Source: Spirochaetia bacterium
Lineage (GTDB): Bacteria; Spirochaetota; Spirochaetia; WTKD01; G963693115
Direction: 5' to 3'
DNA: 64,000 bases
Assembly: GCA_965226055.1 (NCBI GenBank)
Contig: CBDDCA010000005.1
Location: 224,001 to 288,000, forward strand
Part shown: in pieces, positions 8,930 through 20,100 of the stretch
Layout of the letters: each line of letters begins with the position of its first letter
Position numbering within the stretch: the stretch's first letter is position 1
Notes under the pieces: generated by a model
The model's input: the letters and a program-made list of their open reading frames with translations, nothing else
What the model was told of the DNA's origin: nothing
Databases searched by the model: none
Position numbers and translations under genes: made by a program

Positions 8930-11900
8930 CTATTGAACTGAAATCTGTAAACTAGAAGATCCTAATACTGTGAATGTTTTTATATTTCCTGCTGTATCAT
9001 ATAATTGGAATGTATTAAGGTTTGAAGATTGATAATGACGTACAAAACTTCTTATCTTTGAGTGGTTAGTATTAAAATATCCTCCTGAACTCCTATCCTT
9101 ATCAATAGTACTCATATCCAACACTTCCTTTATTGCAAATATCTGTATTCTCATTATATCGTGTACAGCATACCCTATATAATTACTAGGATATTTGTTA
9201 TTTGTACCCCAAAAATAATGTGGGTATTCATTACTTCCTCCTGTGGTACCAGCTCCTTCTGCAATACTACTCACACTTACAGGCTCAGATCGTACCCAAA
9301 AAGGATGTATGTTATTTTTTCCATTATCTAAGAAAATGAGATACGATTGAGTTCCTTTTGGAGTATTGTTCCAACTTAATTGTGGAGAGACATTTCCATT
9401 ATTATAGAGATACTTTGAATCACGAGGAAGAACATCCCCATTAGAAAAAGAAGCTGAAGTTAATGTAAAGCGATTCTTAAAAATTGCCACACTCATACTT
9501 GTTCCTCTAAACATATTTTCCCAAGCATATACTTTATTAATACTCCAATTTGATATATCTTGATTAAATGCTGTTGCATTATCAAACATATAGGACATAT
9601 CTGTTACATTACTGGTATCCCAGCCTGATATATCTTGATTAAACACACTTGCCTTTCTAAACATATAGGACATATCTACCACATTCTCAGTATTCCACCC
9701 CGATATATCCTCATTAAAGACTACTGCATTATCAAACATATAAGACATATCTGCTACATTACCCGTAACCCAATCGGATATATCTCCTTGAAACGATGTC
9801 GCTTTTCCAAACATATATCCCATATCCATTACTTTACTTGTATCCCAATCGGACATATCCTGATTAAAGCCTCTTGCATCATAAAACATGTAGGACATAT
9901 TTTTTACCTCACCTACATCCCAATCGGATATATCTTGATTAAATACATGTGCATCAGAAAATAATCCTTCCATATTTGTTACTTTACTCGTATTCCAGTC
10001 CGATATATCCTGATTAAAGGACTCCGCTTGTCCAAACATATAATTCATATCCTTTACATCACTTGTGTCCCAGTCCGATATATCGCTATTAAATGCTTTT
10101 GCTTTGTGAAACATAGCACTCATATTTTCTACACTACGCGTATCCCATCGGGATAAGTCTCCATTAAACAGTGGTATATCGTAAAACATCCCCTCCATAG
10201 TGATAACCTTTCTTACATCCCATCGGGATATATCTTGATCAAAAGACTTTGCTTGTTCAAACATATAATTCATGTCTTTTACATTACTTGTATCCCAGCT
10301 TGATATATCCCCGTTAAATGCTTTTGCATTAGCAAACATATCGCCCATATACTCTACATTACTCACATCCCAAGCTCCTATGTTTTGATTAAAAGCACTA
10401 GCATACATAAACATAGAATCCATATTGAGTACATTACTGGTATTCCACTGAGATATATCTCTGTTAAACCTTTTTGCTTTGTAAAACATTTTGTTCATAT
10501 TTTTCACATTACCAGTATCCCAGCCTGATATATCCCCATTAAATGCAGGTAAATCCTCATGATAGTCATATATTATCTTATTAGATGAAAACATATAACT
10601 CATATCTGTTACATTACTGGTATCCCACTCTGATAAATCTTGATTAAAATACCGTGTACCACCAAACATATAGGACATATCTGTTACATTACTGGTATCC
10701 CACTGAGATATATCCTTATTAAAATTCAAGGCTTGATAAAACATTTTATGCATAGTTGTCACTTTACTTGTGTCCCAGCTTGATATATCCTTATTAAACG
10801 AATTTGCTTCCGAGAACATTTTGCTCATATTTGTTACATTACTGGTATCCCATTGTGACAAATCCACTAAAACAAGAGGAGCTGACTCAAACATAGATTC
10901 CATCGTAGTAACACTACTTGTATCCCACTTTGATATATCTCCCTGAAATACATTTACTTCATAAGTACCAGTATATACAGGATACTCCCCAGAAAAACCA
11001 TAAAACATATAACTCATATCTGTTACATTACTGGTATCCCACTTTGATATATCACTATTAAATGCTTTTACTCCATAAAACATACGACTCATATCTGTTA
11101 CATTACTGGTATCCCACTCTGATATATCTCCTTGAAATGATACTAAATCTTTCAATAATGAGCTCATATCAGTAATGAGACGTGTATCTATCATATTTAA
11201 GTCTGCTTGGTTTCCTTGCTTTTGTATTTCTGCTTCTATAATTTTACGCAACTCGTCTTTTGTTTTTGGTGTATACTGAAATACCCTCTCTATTTGTATG
11301 TCCAGTACAGTGTTTACTGTCCCTTCATAGATTCCATTTCCGCTATATGTTATTGTAAATGGCTGTTTTGATACTACCTCAGTAGGAATCCCTGTTATCT
11401 CTCCTGTTACTTGATTCAACTTCAGTCCTAAAGGCAATGAAGGACTTACACGAAAAACACCTGTCGCTTGTGCTGGAACTGTGCGCATTGTAATTGTTTC
11501 TATTGCTTGCCCTATTTTCCCAATAAGCTCTGACTTACTTGGCTGTATACTTATTACTCCTTCTTTTAATTGCGAAGGAACAAAATTTTTCACTACTATT
11601 TCACTTACTGCATTCTTATACGCATCTATATATACAAGCTCTACCTTATATGCGAGATCATTTATAAGGCTCAGTCCAATACTTCCAATAGATTTTCTTC
11701 CTACTGCAATATCTTGTATGATTACTTCCTGTACCTTTTTATCGCTAAGAGTATGGACTCTTACTTTCAATGTACTAATATCAGTATTTCTTGCATCTAT
11801 GCTCTTTTCTTCCCATACAAGATATATACTTTTTTCTGCTTTTATTATCCGAGCTGATTGTAGTCTATCTTGAGGAGCAGTAGTGTCTTTAGGAACTGCT

Positions 11901-12289
11901 ACTGCTTCCTTTATTTCTGGTGATTCCTTGCTTCCTGCTCTTGCCTTGACTGTTATATTATATTGTGTTTTCTGTTGCAAACCTTTTAATGTATATTTTT
12001 GACCATTTTTCTTATACTCCGATGCTAGTATCACAATCTCAACAGGTTTCCCTCCTGACACAGGCACCGCTGTAATGACCACTTCTTCTGCTTCTTTTGA
12101 AGCATCCCAGCTAATCTGCACACTGCTCTCATCATCTACATTGCTAATTACTACCTGCGATAATGTTAATGAAGTATCCTTTTTCTCTGTACCTTTTAGT
12201 AAATCCTTTAAACTTGAGCCATCACAGGCAGAGAGTATGAACGCAAAGGCAATCCACAATAGTATGTGTAACTCCATCCCTTTTCTCAT
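8930..12289 (-). CDS. Surface lipoprotein: FN3-like x2, Ig, 21 DUF285 repeats, C-terminal degenerate PEBP (YbhB/YbcL-like) domain
   Basis: Lipobox ILSAC, AAGGAG RBS, DUF285 repeats, C-terminus FTLTSASFSNGDVLP...GNVSPQLSWNNTPKGTQSYLIFLD. Confidence 0.85.
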   Translation of the reverse strand: MRKGMELHILLWIAFAFILSACDGSSLKDLLKGTEKKDTSLTLSQVVISNVDDESSVQISWDASKEAEEVVITAVPVSGGKPVEIVILASEYKKNGQKYTLKGLQQKTQYNITVKARAGSKESPEIKEAVAVPKDTTAPQDRLQSARIIKAEKSIYLVWEEKSIDARNTDISTLKVRVHTLSDKKVQEVIIQDIAVGRKSIGSIGLSLINDLAYKVELVYIDAYKNAVSEIVVKNFVPSQLKEGVISIQPSKSELIGKIGQAIETITMRTVPAQATGVFRVSPSLPLGLKLNQVTGEITGIPTEVVSKQPFTITYSGNGIYEGTVNTVLDIQIERVFQYTPKTKDELRKIIEAEIQKQGNQADLNMIDTRLITDMSSLLKDLVSFQGDISEWDTSNVTDMSRMFYGVKAFNSDISKWDTSNVTDMSYMFYGFSGEYPVYTGTYEVNVFQGDISKWDTSSVTTMESMFESAPLVLVDLSQWDTSNVTNMSKMFSEANSFNKDISSWDTSKVTTMHKMFYQALNFNKDISQWDTSNVTDMSYMFGGTRYFNQDLSEWDTSNVTDMSYMFSSNKIIYDYHEDLPAFNGDISGWDTGNVKNMNKMFYKAKRFNRDISQWNTSNVLNMDSMFMYASAFNQNIGAWDVSNVEYMGDMFANAKAFNGDISSWDTSNVKDMNYMFEQAKSFDQDISRWDVRKVITMEGMFYDIPLFNGDLSRWDTRSVENMSAMFHKAKAFNSDISDWDTSDVKDMNYMFGQAESFNQDISDWNTSKVTNMEGLFSDAHVFNQDISDWDVGEVKNMSYMFYDARGFNQDMSDWDTSKVMDMGYMFGKATSFQGDISDWVTGNVADMSYMFDNAVVFNEDISGWNTENVVDMSYMFRKASVFNQDISGWDTSNVTDMSYMFDNATAFNQDISNWSINKVYAWENMFRGTSMSVAIFKNRFTLTSASFSNGDVLPRDSKYLYNNGNVSPQLSWNNTPKGTQSYLIFLDNGKNNIHPFWVRSEPVSVSSIAEGAGTTGGSNEYPHYFWGTNNKYPSNYIGYAVHDIMRIQIFAIKEVLDMSTIDKDRSSGGYFNTNHSKIRSFVRHYQSSNLNTFQLYDTAGNIKTFTVLGSSSLQISVQ

Positions 12290-12441
12290 AATAAACTCCT
12301 TTTGAAGGATACTACTAAAAAGCTCCTTCTATATTAGCATTATTCCATACCACTTATATAATATAGTACAAATATTACAAAAGTCAAGGGCTAAAATTTC
12401 CATTTTTGTGTTTTTAATATTTGTTACTTCTGCTAGAGCAG

Positions 12442-14745
12442 TTACTGTTTAGTGGCAAGGGTAGTTAATTCTGTTTTTCTTCCTGTAGAGGCTTTTGTAG
12501 GATCTGTTGCATTGACTACCTGTACTACTATTTCATAGGTGGTGTTAGGGGTAAGATTAGTTAAATCTACACTTAAAGTTTCTAATTCTAGCGGGGCTGG
12601 ATCTGCTTTTTTAATCTCTGCTACTGTTCGGGCATTTTTTCCCTTTGCTACATGATATACTTTGTAAAATATATCTCTATCTGTGAGTATTTGTCCATTT
12701 GCTTTCTTATGACTGCTTTTAAGCGTTGGTTCAAACCATACTATGGTTATCTTCCTATCACTTATACCACCATTATTATTCGGTGGGTCAACAAAGGGGA
12801 CATCTGGCGGTGCGGTTGCTTGGCTAATGGTAGTTACTTCTATTCTTACTCCTGTAGAGACTTTTGTGGTATCCGTTGCATTAACTGCTTGTACTACTAC
12901 TTCATAGGTAGTACCTCCAGTAAGATTAGTTATACTTGTATTTGTCGTTCCCTTTGCTACTTCTAGCGGGGTTGTGTCTGCTTTAATCTGTGCTACTGTT
13001 CGGGCTTTCTTTCCTTTTGCTATACGATATACTTTGTAGGATACATCTGCCTGTGTGAGTGGTGTTCCGTCTGCTTTCTTGTGGCTAGCACTAAGATCTG
13101 GGACTTGCCATGATACCCTTATACTTGTATCAATAGGATTTCCTGTAACACTGCGGGCATCTGCAGGGGCGGTTGCTTGATTAATGGCAAGGGTAGTCAC
13201 CTCTACTCTTACCCCTGTAGAGACTTTTGTGGTATCAGTTACATTGATTGCTTGTACTACTATTTCATAAGTGGTACTAGACTTAAGATTAGTTATACTT
13301 ATACTTGTTGTTCCTTTTACTGTTATAGGAGTAGTATCTACTGTTTTAATCTCTGCTACTGTTCGCTCACTGTCTCCCTTTGCTACACTGTATACTTTGT
13401 AGGATACATCTGCCTGTGTGAGTTGTGTTCCGTCTGCTTTCTTGTGGCTAGCACTAAGATCTGGGACTTGCCATGATACCCTTATACTTATATCGACAGG
13501 ACTTCCTTGAACACTGCGGGCATCTGCGGGGGCGGTTGCAAGACTAGTGGTAGTTACTTCTCTTCTTACTCCTATAGATACTTTTGTGATATCCGTTGCA
13601 TTGACTGATTGTACTACTATTTCATAGGTGGTATTAGGCTTAAGATTGGTTATATCTATACTTGTTGTTCCTTTTGCTACTTCTAGCGGGGTTGTGTCTG
13701 CTTTTTTAATCTCTGCTACTGTTCGGGCATCTCTTCCTTTTGCTACTCGATATACTTTGTAAGATACATCTGCCTCTGTGAGTTGCGTTCCATCTACTTT
13801 CTTATGATCGCTTGTAAGCGTTGGGGCTGTCCACGATATACTTGCACTTGTATGGGTAGGACTTCCTTGAACACTGAGGGCATCTGCGGGGGCGGTTGCT
13901 TGATTAGTTTTAAGGGTAGTCACTTCTGCTCTTATCCCTGTAGAGACTTTTGTGGTATCCGTTGTGTTTACTGCCTGTACTACTATTTCATAGGTGGTAC
14001 TTTTATTAAGATTAGTTATATTTGTACTTGTTGTTCCCTTTGTTACTTCTAGCGGATTATTATCTGCACTTATAATATTTGCTATTGTTCGGCTCTCTGC
14101 TCCTTTTTCTACATGATATACCTTATACGATACATCGGCCTTTGTGAGTTGTGTTCCATCTGCTTTCTTGTGGCTAGAGTTAAGTGTTGGAGCTGTCCAT
14201 GTTATTCTTGCACTTGTATCGGTTGGACTTCCTGCAACATCGCTTACCTCTGCGGGGGCAGTGGCAGAGAATGAAATATTAGAAATAGTTACTTCTGCTT
14301 TCGTTCCTGTAGAGACTTTTGTGGGATCTGTTGCATTGACTGCCTGTACTACTATTTCATAGGTGGTATCAAGTTTACGATTATTTATATTTGTCGTTGT
14401 TATTCCTTTTCCTACCTTTATGGGTGCCTTATCTAACGCTATGATATCCGCTATTGTTAGGCTCTTTGCTCCCTTTTCTACTATAAAAACCCTATACGAT
14501 ACATCTGCCTGTGTGAGTTGTGTTCCATCTGCTTTCTTGTGGCTAGAGCTAAGCGTTGGAGCTGTCCATGATAATATAATACTTCTGTTGATAGTTTTAG
14601 ATGTAATACTTTTTACTTCTGATGGTGCAGAAGATAGTACATTATCGTCTCTACTACTAGAGCTAGTCGAAGTGCTAGCTTCACAAGCACTTATCAAAAT
14701 AATAAAAACACTAAAAACAATAAAATATATATAATTTTTTTTCAT
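12442..14745 (-). CDS. Lipoprotein with six tandem ~120-aa FN3-like repeats
   Basis: Lipobox LISAC, Ser-rich linker, six ATAP...SW...SHKKADG...YKVY...TTYEIVVQAVN units. Confidence 0.85.
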   Translation of the reverse strand: MKKNYIYFIVFSVFIILISACEASTSTSSSSRDDNVLSSAPSEVKSITSKTINRSIILSWTAPTLSSSHKKADGTQLTQADVSYRVFIVEKGAKSLTIADIIALDKAPIKVGKGITTTNINNRKLDTTYEIVVQAVNATDPTKVSTGTKAEVTISNISFSATAPAEVSDVAGSPTDTSARITWTAPTLNSSHKKADGTQLTKADVSYKVYHVEKGAESRTIANIISADNNPLEVTKGTTSTNITNLNKSTTYEIVVQAVNTTDTTKVSTGIRAEVTTLKTNQATAPADALSVQGSPTHTSASISWTAPTLTSDHKKVDGTQLTEADVSYKVYRVAKGRDARTVAEIKKADTTPLEVAKGTTSIDITNLKPNTTYEIVVQSVNATDITKVSIGVRREVTTTSLATAPADARSVQGSPVDISIRVSWQVPDLSASHKKADGTQLTQADVSYKVYSVAKGDSERTVAEIKTVDTTPITVKGTTSISITNLKSSTTYEIVVQAINVTDTTKVSTGVRVEVTTLAINQATAPADARSVTGNPIDTSIRVSWQVPDLSASHKKADGTPLTQADVSYKVYRIAKGKKARTVAQIKADTTPLEVAKGTTNTSITNLTGGTTYEVVVQAVNATDTTKVSTGVRIEVTTISQATAPPDVPFVDPPNNNGGISDRKITIVWFEPTLKSSHKKANGQILTDRDIFYKVYHVAKGKNARTVAEIKKADPAPLELETLSVDLTNLTPNTTYEIVVQVVNATDPTKASTGRKTELTTLATKQ

Positions 14746-14983
14746 ATTTTACTCCTTCATAAGTTCAAACTTACTGCTTGAATTTTGAATGCATATAACT
14801 ATACTATATTATAATATACAAAGAAAAAAAATTTTGCAATACCCAACAGCTATTTTTTTAAAAAATAGCCTGTTACTCTCAATTTTAAGTGCTACTTACA
14901 TAAAATGAGTTACACCAAAAGTGTATACACTAGATAGTAAAATTCCATGATATATTTTACCGTATGTACTATAATTATATATA

Positions 14984-16183
14984 ATGTCGTATACATGTTT
15001 TCATAATGGTATATTACTGAGTGGCATCAACAGATTTGAACATGCAGCTATCCTTATAAAAGATACCACGATTATGGATATATTTAATGAAGATAGATTT
15101 AAGCAAAAACAAACACTCTTTCCTAGCGATACTCAATATATAGATGTGCAGGGATCTTATATATCACCAGGATTTATTGACACTCATATTCATGGATTTG
15201 CAGGATATGGGACGGATAAATTACAGGAAGATCCTCGCTCACTCATCAAAATGGCACAAGCATTACCTCAGTATGGAGTTACTAGTTTTTTAGCAACACT
15301 CTACCCTAAACCTATTAACATTATGCAAGATACATTAACACTAACAATAGAAAACATAGAATATCAAAAATCACTCCCCTCAGATCAATATGGAGCCTGT
15401 ATAGCAGGAGTACACCTTGAAGGCCCCTTTATTTCAAAAAAGCGACTTGGAGTACACAAAGAAGAATGTGCAAGTCTTCCTGATACAGAAATAATGCAGC
15501 GTTTTATTGATATAGGTAAAGGGTATATCCGAAATATGACTGTAGCACCTGAACTAAAAGGCATGCATGAGATTGCTATTATGGGTATCAATAATAATAT
15601 TGTCTTACAAGCAGGACATACTGATGCACGGTACAAACATATTCAAGAAGGAATACAAGTTGGCATACTTCATTCTACGCATTTTTTTAATGCAATGTCT
15701 CGTCTTCATCATCGTGATCCGGGAACGGTAGGAGCAATACTCTTAGATTCTTCAATGTCTTGCGAAATTATTGCCGATGGATACCATGTACACCCTTTAC
15801 TTATTCGTCTTTTGTTACGTAATAAATCTAAAAATAATATAGTGCTTATTACTGACTCTGTAAGTCCTACCTTACAAAAGGGAGGAAAGTGTATAGCAAA
15901 TGGTCAAGAGGTATACTTACAAGACGGACTTTTCTATACTAAGACAGATAATATCATTGCAGGTTCAGCATTAACGATGCATCAAGGGGTAAAAAATCTC
16001 ATGCAATGGGGCATTACCCTTGATCAAGCTATATCAATGGCAAGCTATAATCCAGCTACAATTATAAAGATTCCAAAAAAGGGAATGCTATGTCCTGGCT
16101 ACGATGCTGATATTGTTGTATTTAATAATGATATAGAAATACAATATACTATGGTAGAAGGATATATTGCATATAGCAAATAA
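14984..16183 (+). CDS. nagA: N-acetylglucosamine-6-phosphate deacetylase
   Basis: PGFIDTHIHG, GVHLEGPF, THFFNAM, IADGYHV, IAGSALTM. Confidence 0.95.
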   Translation: MSYTCFHNGILLSGINRFEHAAILIKDTTIMDIFNEDRFKQKQTLFPSDTQYIDVQGSYISPGFIDTHIHGFAGYGTDKLQEDPRSLIKMAQALPQYGVTSFLATLYPKPINIMQDTLTLTIENIEYQKSLPSDQYGACIAGVHLEGPFISKKRLGVHKEECASLPDTEIMQRFIDIGKGYIRNMTVAPELKGMHEIAIMGINNNIVLQAGHTDARYKHIQEGIQVGILHSTHFFNAMSRLHHRDPGTVGAILLDSSMSCEIIADGYHVHPLLIRLLLRNKSKNNIVLITDSVSPTLQKGGKCIANGQEVYLQDGLFYTKTDNIIAGSALTMHQGVKNLMQWGITLDQAISMASYNPATIIKIPKKGMLCPGYDADIVVFNNDIEIQYTMVEGYIAYSK

Positions 16184-16211
16184 ATCATATTTGAAATAAA
16201 AAAGAGCTATC

Positions 16212-17000
16212 ATGAATGTTATTATACAAGAGGACTATCACGCTATATCTCACTATGTTGCTCACTACACAACACAAAAAATACAGTCAAAAACTACCAA
16301 CACAGCAGAAACACATACTATGTTTGTACTAGGGTTACCTACAGGATCAAGCATCATAGGTACTTATCAAGAGCTTGTGCATTTGTACCAACAAAAAAAA
16401 GTATCATTTAAGCATGTCATCACATTTAATATGGATGAATATGTAGGGCTGAAATCAGATCATCCACAGAGTTATAGCTATTTTATGCATTCCCACTTAT
16501 TTAATCATATAGACATAGATCCTAACAATATCCACTTATTCAATGGATGTAGCAACAATACAGAGACACAACTTCAAAACTATGAGACAGCTATACAGCA
16601 ATCTGGTGGCATTGATCTCTTCCTTGGAGGCATAGGACAAAATGGGCATCTTGCTTTTAATGAACCATATTCTTCTCTTCGCTCTTATAGTCATTATCAA
16701 CTATTAACACAAGATACTCGGCTTGCTAATGCACGTTTTTTTGACAACACTATGGAGAAAGTACCAACAGCAGCGTACACTGTAGGAATACAAACTATCA
16801 TGGACGCTCGTGAAGTGCTTATTATCGCAAGCGGAATAAACAAGGCCGAAGCGCTCTCTCGTGTTATTGAAGGAAACATATCTCATAGCTGCCCTGCGAG
16901 TATTTTACAGTTACACCCACATGCCACTATAGTATGTGATACAGAAGCTTGCAGTGCCTTAGCGCCCGAAACATATCAATACTTTCTCTCTTTACAATAA
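16212..17000 (+). CDS. nagB: Glucosamine-6-phosphate deaminase
   Basis: LGLPTGSS, TFNMDEY, GGIGQNGHLAFNEP. Confidence 0.95.
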   Translation: MNVIIQEDYHAISHYVAHYTTQKIQSKTTNTAETHTMFVLGLPTGSSIIGTYQELVHLYQQKKVSFKHVITFNMDEYVGLKSDHPQSYSYFMHSHLFNHIDIDPNNIHLFNGCSNNTETQLQNYETAIQQSGGIDLFLGGIGQNGHLAFNEPYSSLRSYSHYQLLTQDTRLANARFFDNTMEKVPTAAYTVGIQTIMDAREVLIIASGINKAEALSRVIEGNISHSCPASILQLHPHATIVCDTEACSALAPETYQYFLSLQ

Positions 17001-17012
17001 AATTGTATCTAA

Positions 17013-17027
17013 GTGCAGATTCATGGA
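17013..17027. repeat. Dispersed junction element, short copy (GTGCAGATTCATGGA)
   Basis: The first 14 nt match the reverse complement of CCTTGAATCTGCAC (22179-22192) with one mismatch. Confidence 0.45.
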
Positions 17028-17092
17028 GTATTACTCTCTCGTACGCTCTATCAAAGATGCCTTAGAAACACTTTTTTGCTACTCTTGAGGTT

Positions 17093-17129
17093 CTATAGCA
17101 AGAAAGGAGTATTTCCTTTCTTGCTATAG
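17093..17129. terminator. 16-bp perfect hairpin between nagB and lipoprotein L1
   Basis: CTATAGCAAGAAAGGA-gtatt-TCCTTTCTTGCTATAG. Confidence 0.75.
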
Positions 17130-17150
17130 GTGTGTATGTATCTCTCTATG

Positions 17151-20100
17151 TTACGATGTACATGCTGGATCACCTCTAAAAATCTTTGGGAGCTGTGCTG
17201 TTTTCGTTTCCATAGCTGAGCCTGTAAACATACGACTTTGTAATCTTGATATACTACACAATTTCCATGATGATAAATCTTGATCAAATACAGAAGCATC
17301 TCTAAATATATTAATAATATTTACAACTTTACTTACATTCCAGCTTCCTATATTCTGATTAAATACACTTGCTTTATTAAACATACTAAACATACTAGTA
17401 ACTTTACTTACATTCCAGTTTCCTATGTTTTGATTAAATGCACTTGCTTCATCAAACATACTATCCATATGAGTAACTTTACTCACATTCCAGTTTCCTA
17501 TATTTTGATTAAAATCATCTGTTTCAATAAACATACCAGCCATACCAGTAACTTTTCCCGTATCCCAATTTCCTATGTTTTGATTAAAAACACTTGCTCC
17601 CCAAAACATACTGGACATATTCATTACATTACTGGTATTCCACTGTGTTATATCTCCATTAAAAGTACTATCCTTCCTAAATAATTCACTCATATCAGTA
17701 ATAGCACTGGTGTCTATCATGTTGAGGTTGGGGCTAGGGTTACTGTTTCCTCCTGAACCTTGCCTTGTTTTTTCTTCGCTGATAATAGTTTGCAGTGCTG
17801 ATTTTGTTGTTGGTCTGTAATAGGCTTCTGCTTTTCCTGATGGTGCTGTTCTTATATCTGTCCGTATAACAATAGTGGCGGGTACTTTTTTCTTTGAAGC
17901 GGTTATTGTACACTGTGCTACATCATAGCTATACTCAGTAATATTAGGGTCACGTATATTGGACTTATTTGCTATGCCTGTTATAGTAACTGTTTTGCTA
18001 CTCTGATTAAACGATACTGCTAGCCCTGTTTCATCTTTTATTTTCTTTGCATCTGCCTCTAGTATGGTGGCATCACAGGTAAAGGCATTGCCACTGGGTG
18101 TGCTGGTAAGTACTCTTGTAGTATTTGATGCTAGTGCTGTGCCTACTGTTGCTGAAACTATGCTAGTGTTTCCTATAGATATTGCACTTGCTTCAAACTC
18201 GTGGCGTTCTCCTGCTGATACTTTTGCAGGATCGGTGCTGTTTACTGCTTGCACTACTATTTCGTAGGTCGTTCCGTTTGTCAATCCTGTCAGGGTAGTG
18301 TTTGTTGTTCCTGCTGCTATGTTTTTTGTTGCTGTATTAGCATTTGCTTTTATCTGTGCTACGCTTCTCGTTGTATCACCACTCTTGGCAATGCTGTATA
18401 CTTTGTACGATACTTGTGCTGTTGTTAGGGTAGCTCCTTTATTTGTTTTGTGACTTGCACTGAGGCTGGGAGCTGTCCACGATACTCTCATACCTGTCTG
18501 GGCTACTCTTGTCTGTATAGTTGATACTTCTGCAGGGGCAGTCGCTTGCGATGCGGTTGTTACGCTTGCCACTGTCGATACTGCTTTTTTGCTAGTGTCT
18601 GTTTTTACTGCTACTTCTACCACAAAGTAATACTTTGTCGCTCCTTTTATTGCTACTACTGGTGCTGTGTCTGCAGACAAACCTAAACTGGCAAGGGCTG
18701 GTACTGTGTACACTCCGCTACTTACACTGCCTATATCTATCTTTCTGCCTGCAAGTACTTCTGCTACTGTAGGGTCAGTGTCTTTCTGTAAGCCATACAC
18801 TGTGTATGCTAGCTGATTACTAGCGGTTATGTTTGTGCCATCGTAGTCTTTCGCTCCTGTAAATGTGCTTAGCTCGGTAAGTACCAGCTTTATTGTGCCT
18901 GCTGTGTTTGTTGACGGTGATACTACTAGCTTTCCTGTGAGTAATGACTGATTTGGTGCTACTGCTTTGGAAGTATAGATTTCCTTTATTTCTGTTACAT
19001 CGGTGTAAAAGCCTGCAGGAAAGAGCTTGTCGCTATTTGTTGCATCGTAATTGGGGGATGTTGTGTTGACTATCCTCACTCCTATGTAGTAATCTTTTGC
19101 TGTTTCTATGGGGGTTGCTCCTGCATTGCTTCCACTGGTGCTGTCTACTATTGCTATGGATATGGTTGCTTGAGTTGTTCCTGTTGCTTTTGTGTACTTT
19201 GCTACCTTTACACTGCTTTTCTCTGTTGCCCATAAAGCCGATACACTGGCAGGCTTTCCTGTAGTATCTTCTTTCTTGAGGTATAGCACATAGTACGCAA
19301 GGTCTGTCGCTTCAAGGGCATTGCCATTTGCCTTACTCACTCCTGCTATTGCTGAGGCATTTACTTGTACTGTTATGACTTTTTTTCCTCTGTTGCTTCC
19401 TGTGCTAGGCACTGCAAATACTACTGCATTACTGTTAGTGTAGGTGGTGCTTTTTGGGGTATTTGGTGGTGCAGTAAGCGTTGCTTTCTTTATTGTTGCT
19501 GATGCTCCTATGCTATACGAAGGATTGAGGCTGTTTATTGCTTCTACTCCTGCGGTATAGTCTGCTCCTTTCGTTCCTATAAATCTTACTTGTAAGGTAC
19601 TGTCTCCTGCTATATTCTGTGTTTGTACTCCTGCAAGTCCTTTTATTGCCTCTAGTGTTTTTGTGCTGTGGTCTCCCTCTGCTATGTATACTTTGTACTG
19701 TATTTGTGCCTGTGTGAGTTTGCTTCCACTGGGTGCTTTGTTATCATTGGTAATGTCTCCTGCACTAAATGTATAGACTGCTGTTGCGGTTATTTGGGTT
19801 ACTGATTCTACAGAGAGCTTTGCATCTTTGGGAGCGGGCGGTGCTGTTGAGGTACTATCATATACTGCCACAGTATCAGCAAGAGTAGTTACAGGGCTTA
19901 CTATGTTATTTGCTATTGTCAAAAAGGTAAAGCGATAATTCTTGGCATTTGCTTGTACCTTAGGTACTTCTAAGCCATCTGCTATCCCAAAAGTAATGGC
20001 TGTTACACTTCCTGTTATGCTTTTTTCTGCTACCAGTGTAGCACCATCGTACATACGCAAAGTATAGTAGCTTCCTATGCCTGGAGCTTGCTTAAAGCTT

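Noticed and set aside
6170-11190. CRISPR-like periodic repeats (~75-bp period, ACATTACTGGTATCCCA)
   Set aside because: They are in-frame DUF285 coding repeats within long ORFs, and there are no cas genes
17151-17700. Diversity-generating retroelement acting on the variable C-terminal tips
   Set aside because: No reverse transcriptase or template repeat is present in the window. The tips differ in repeat number, and the substitutions are not obviously confined to adenine positions
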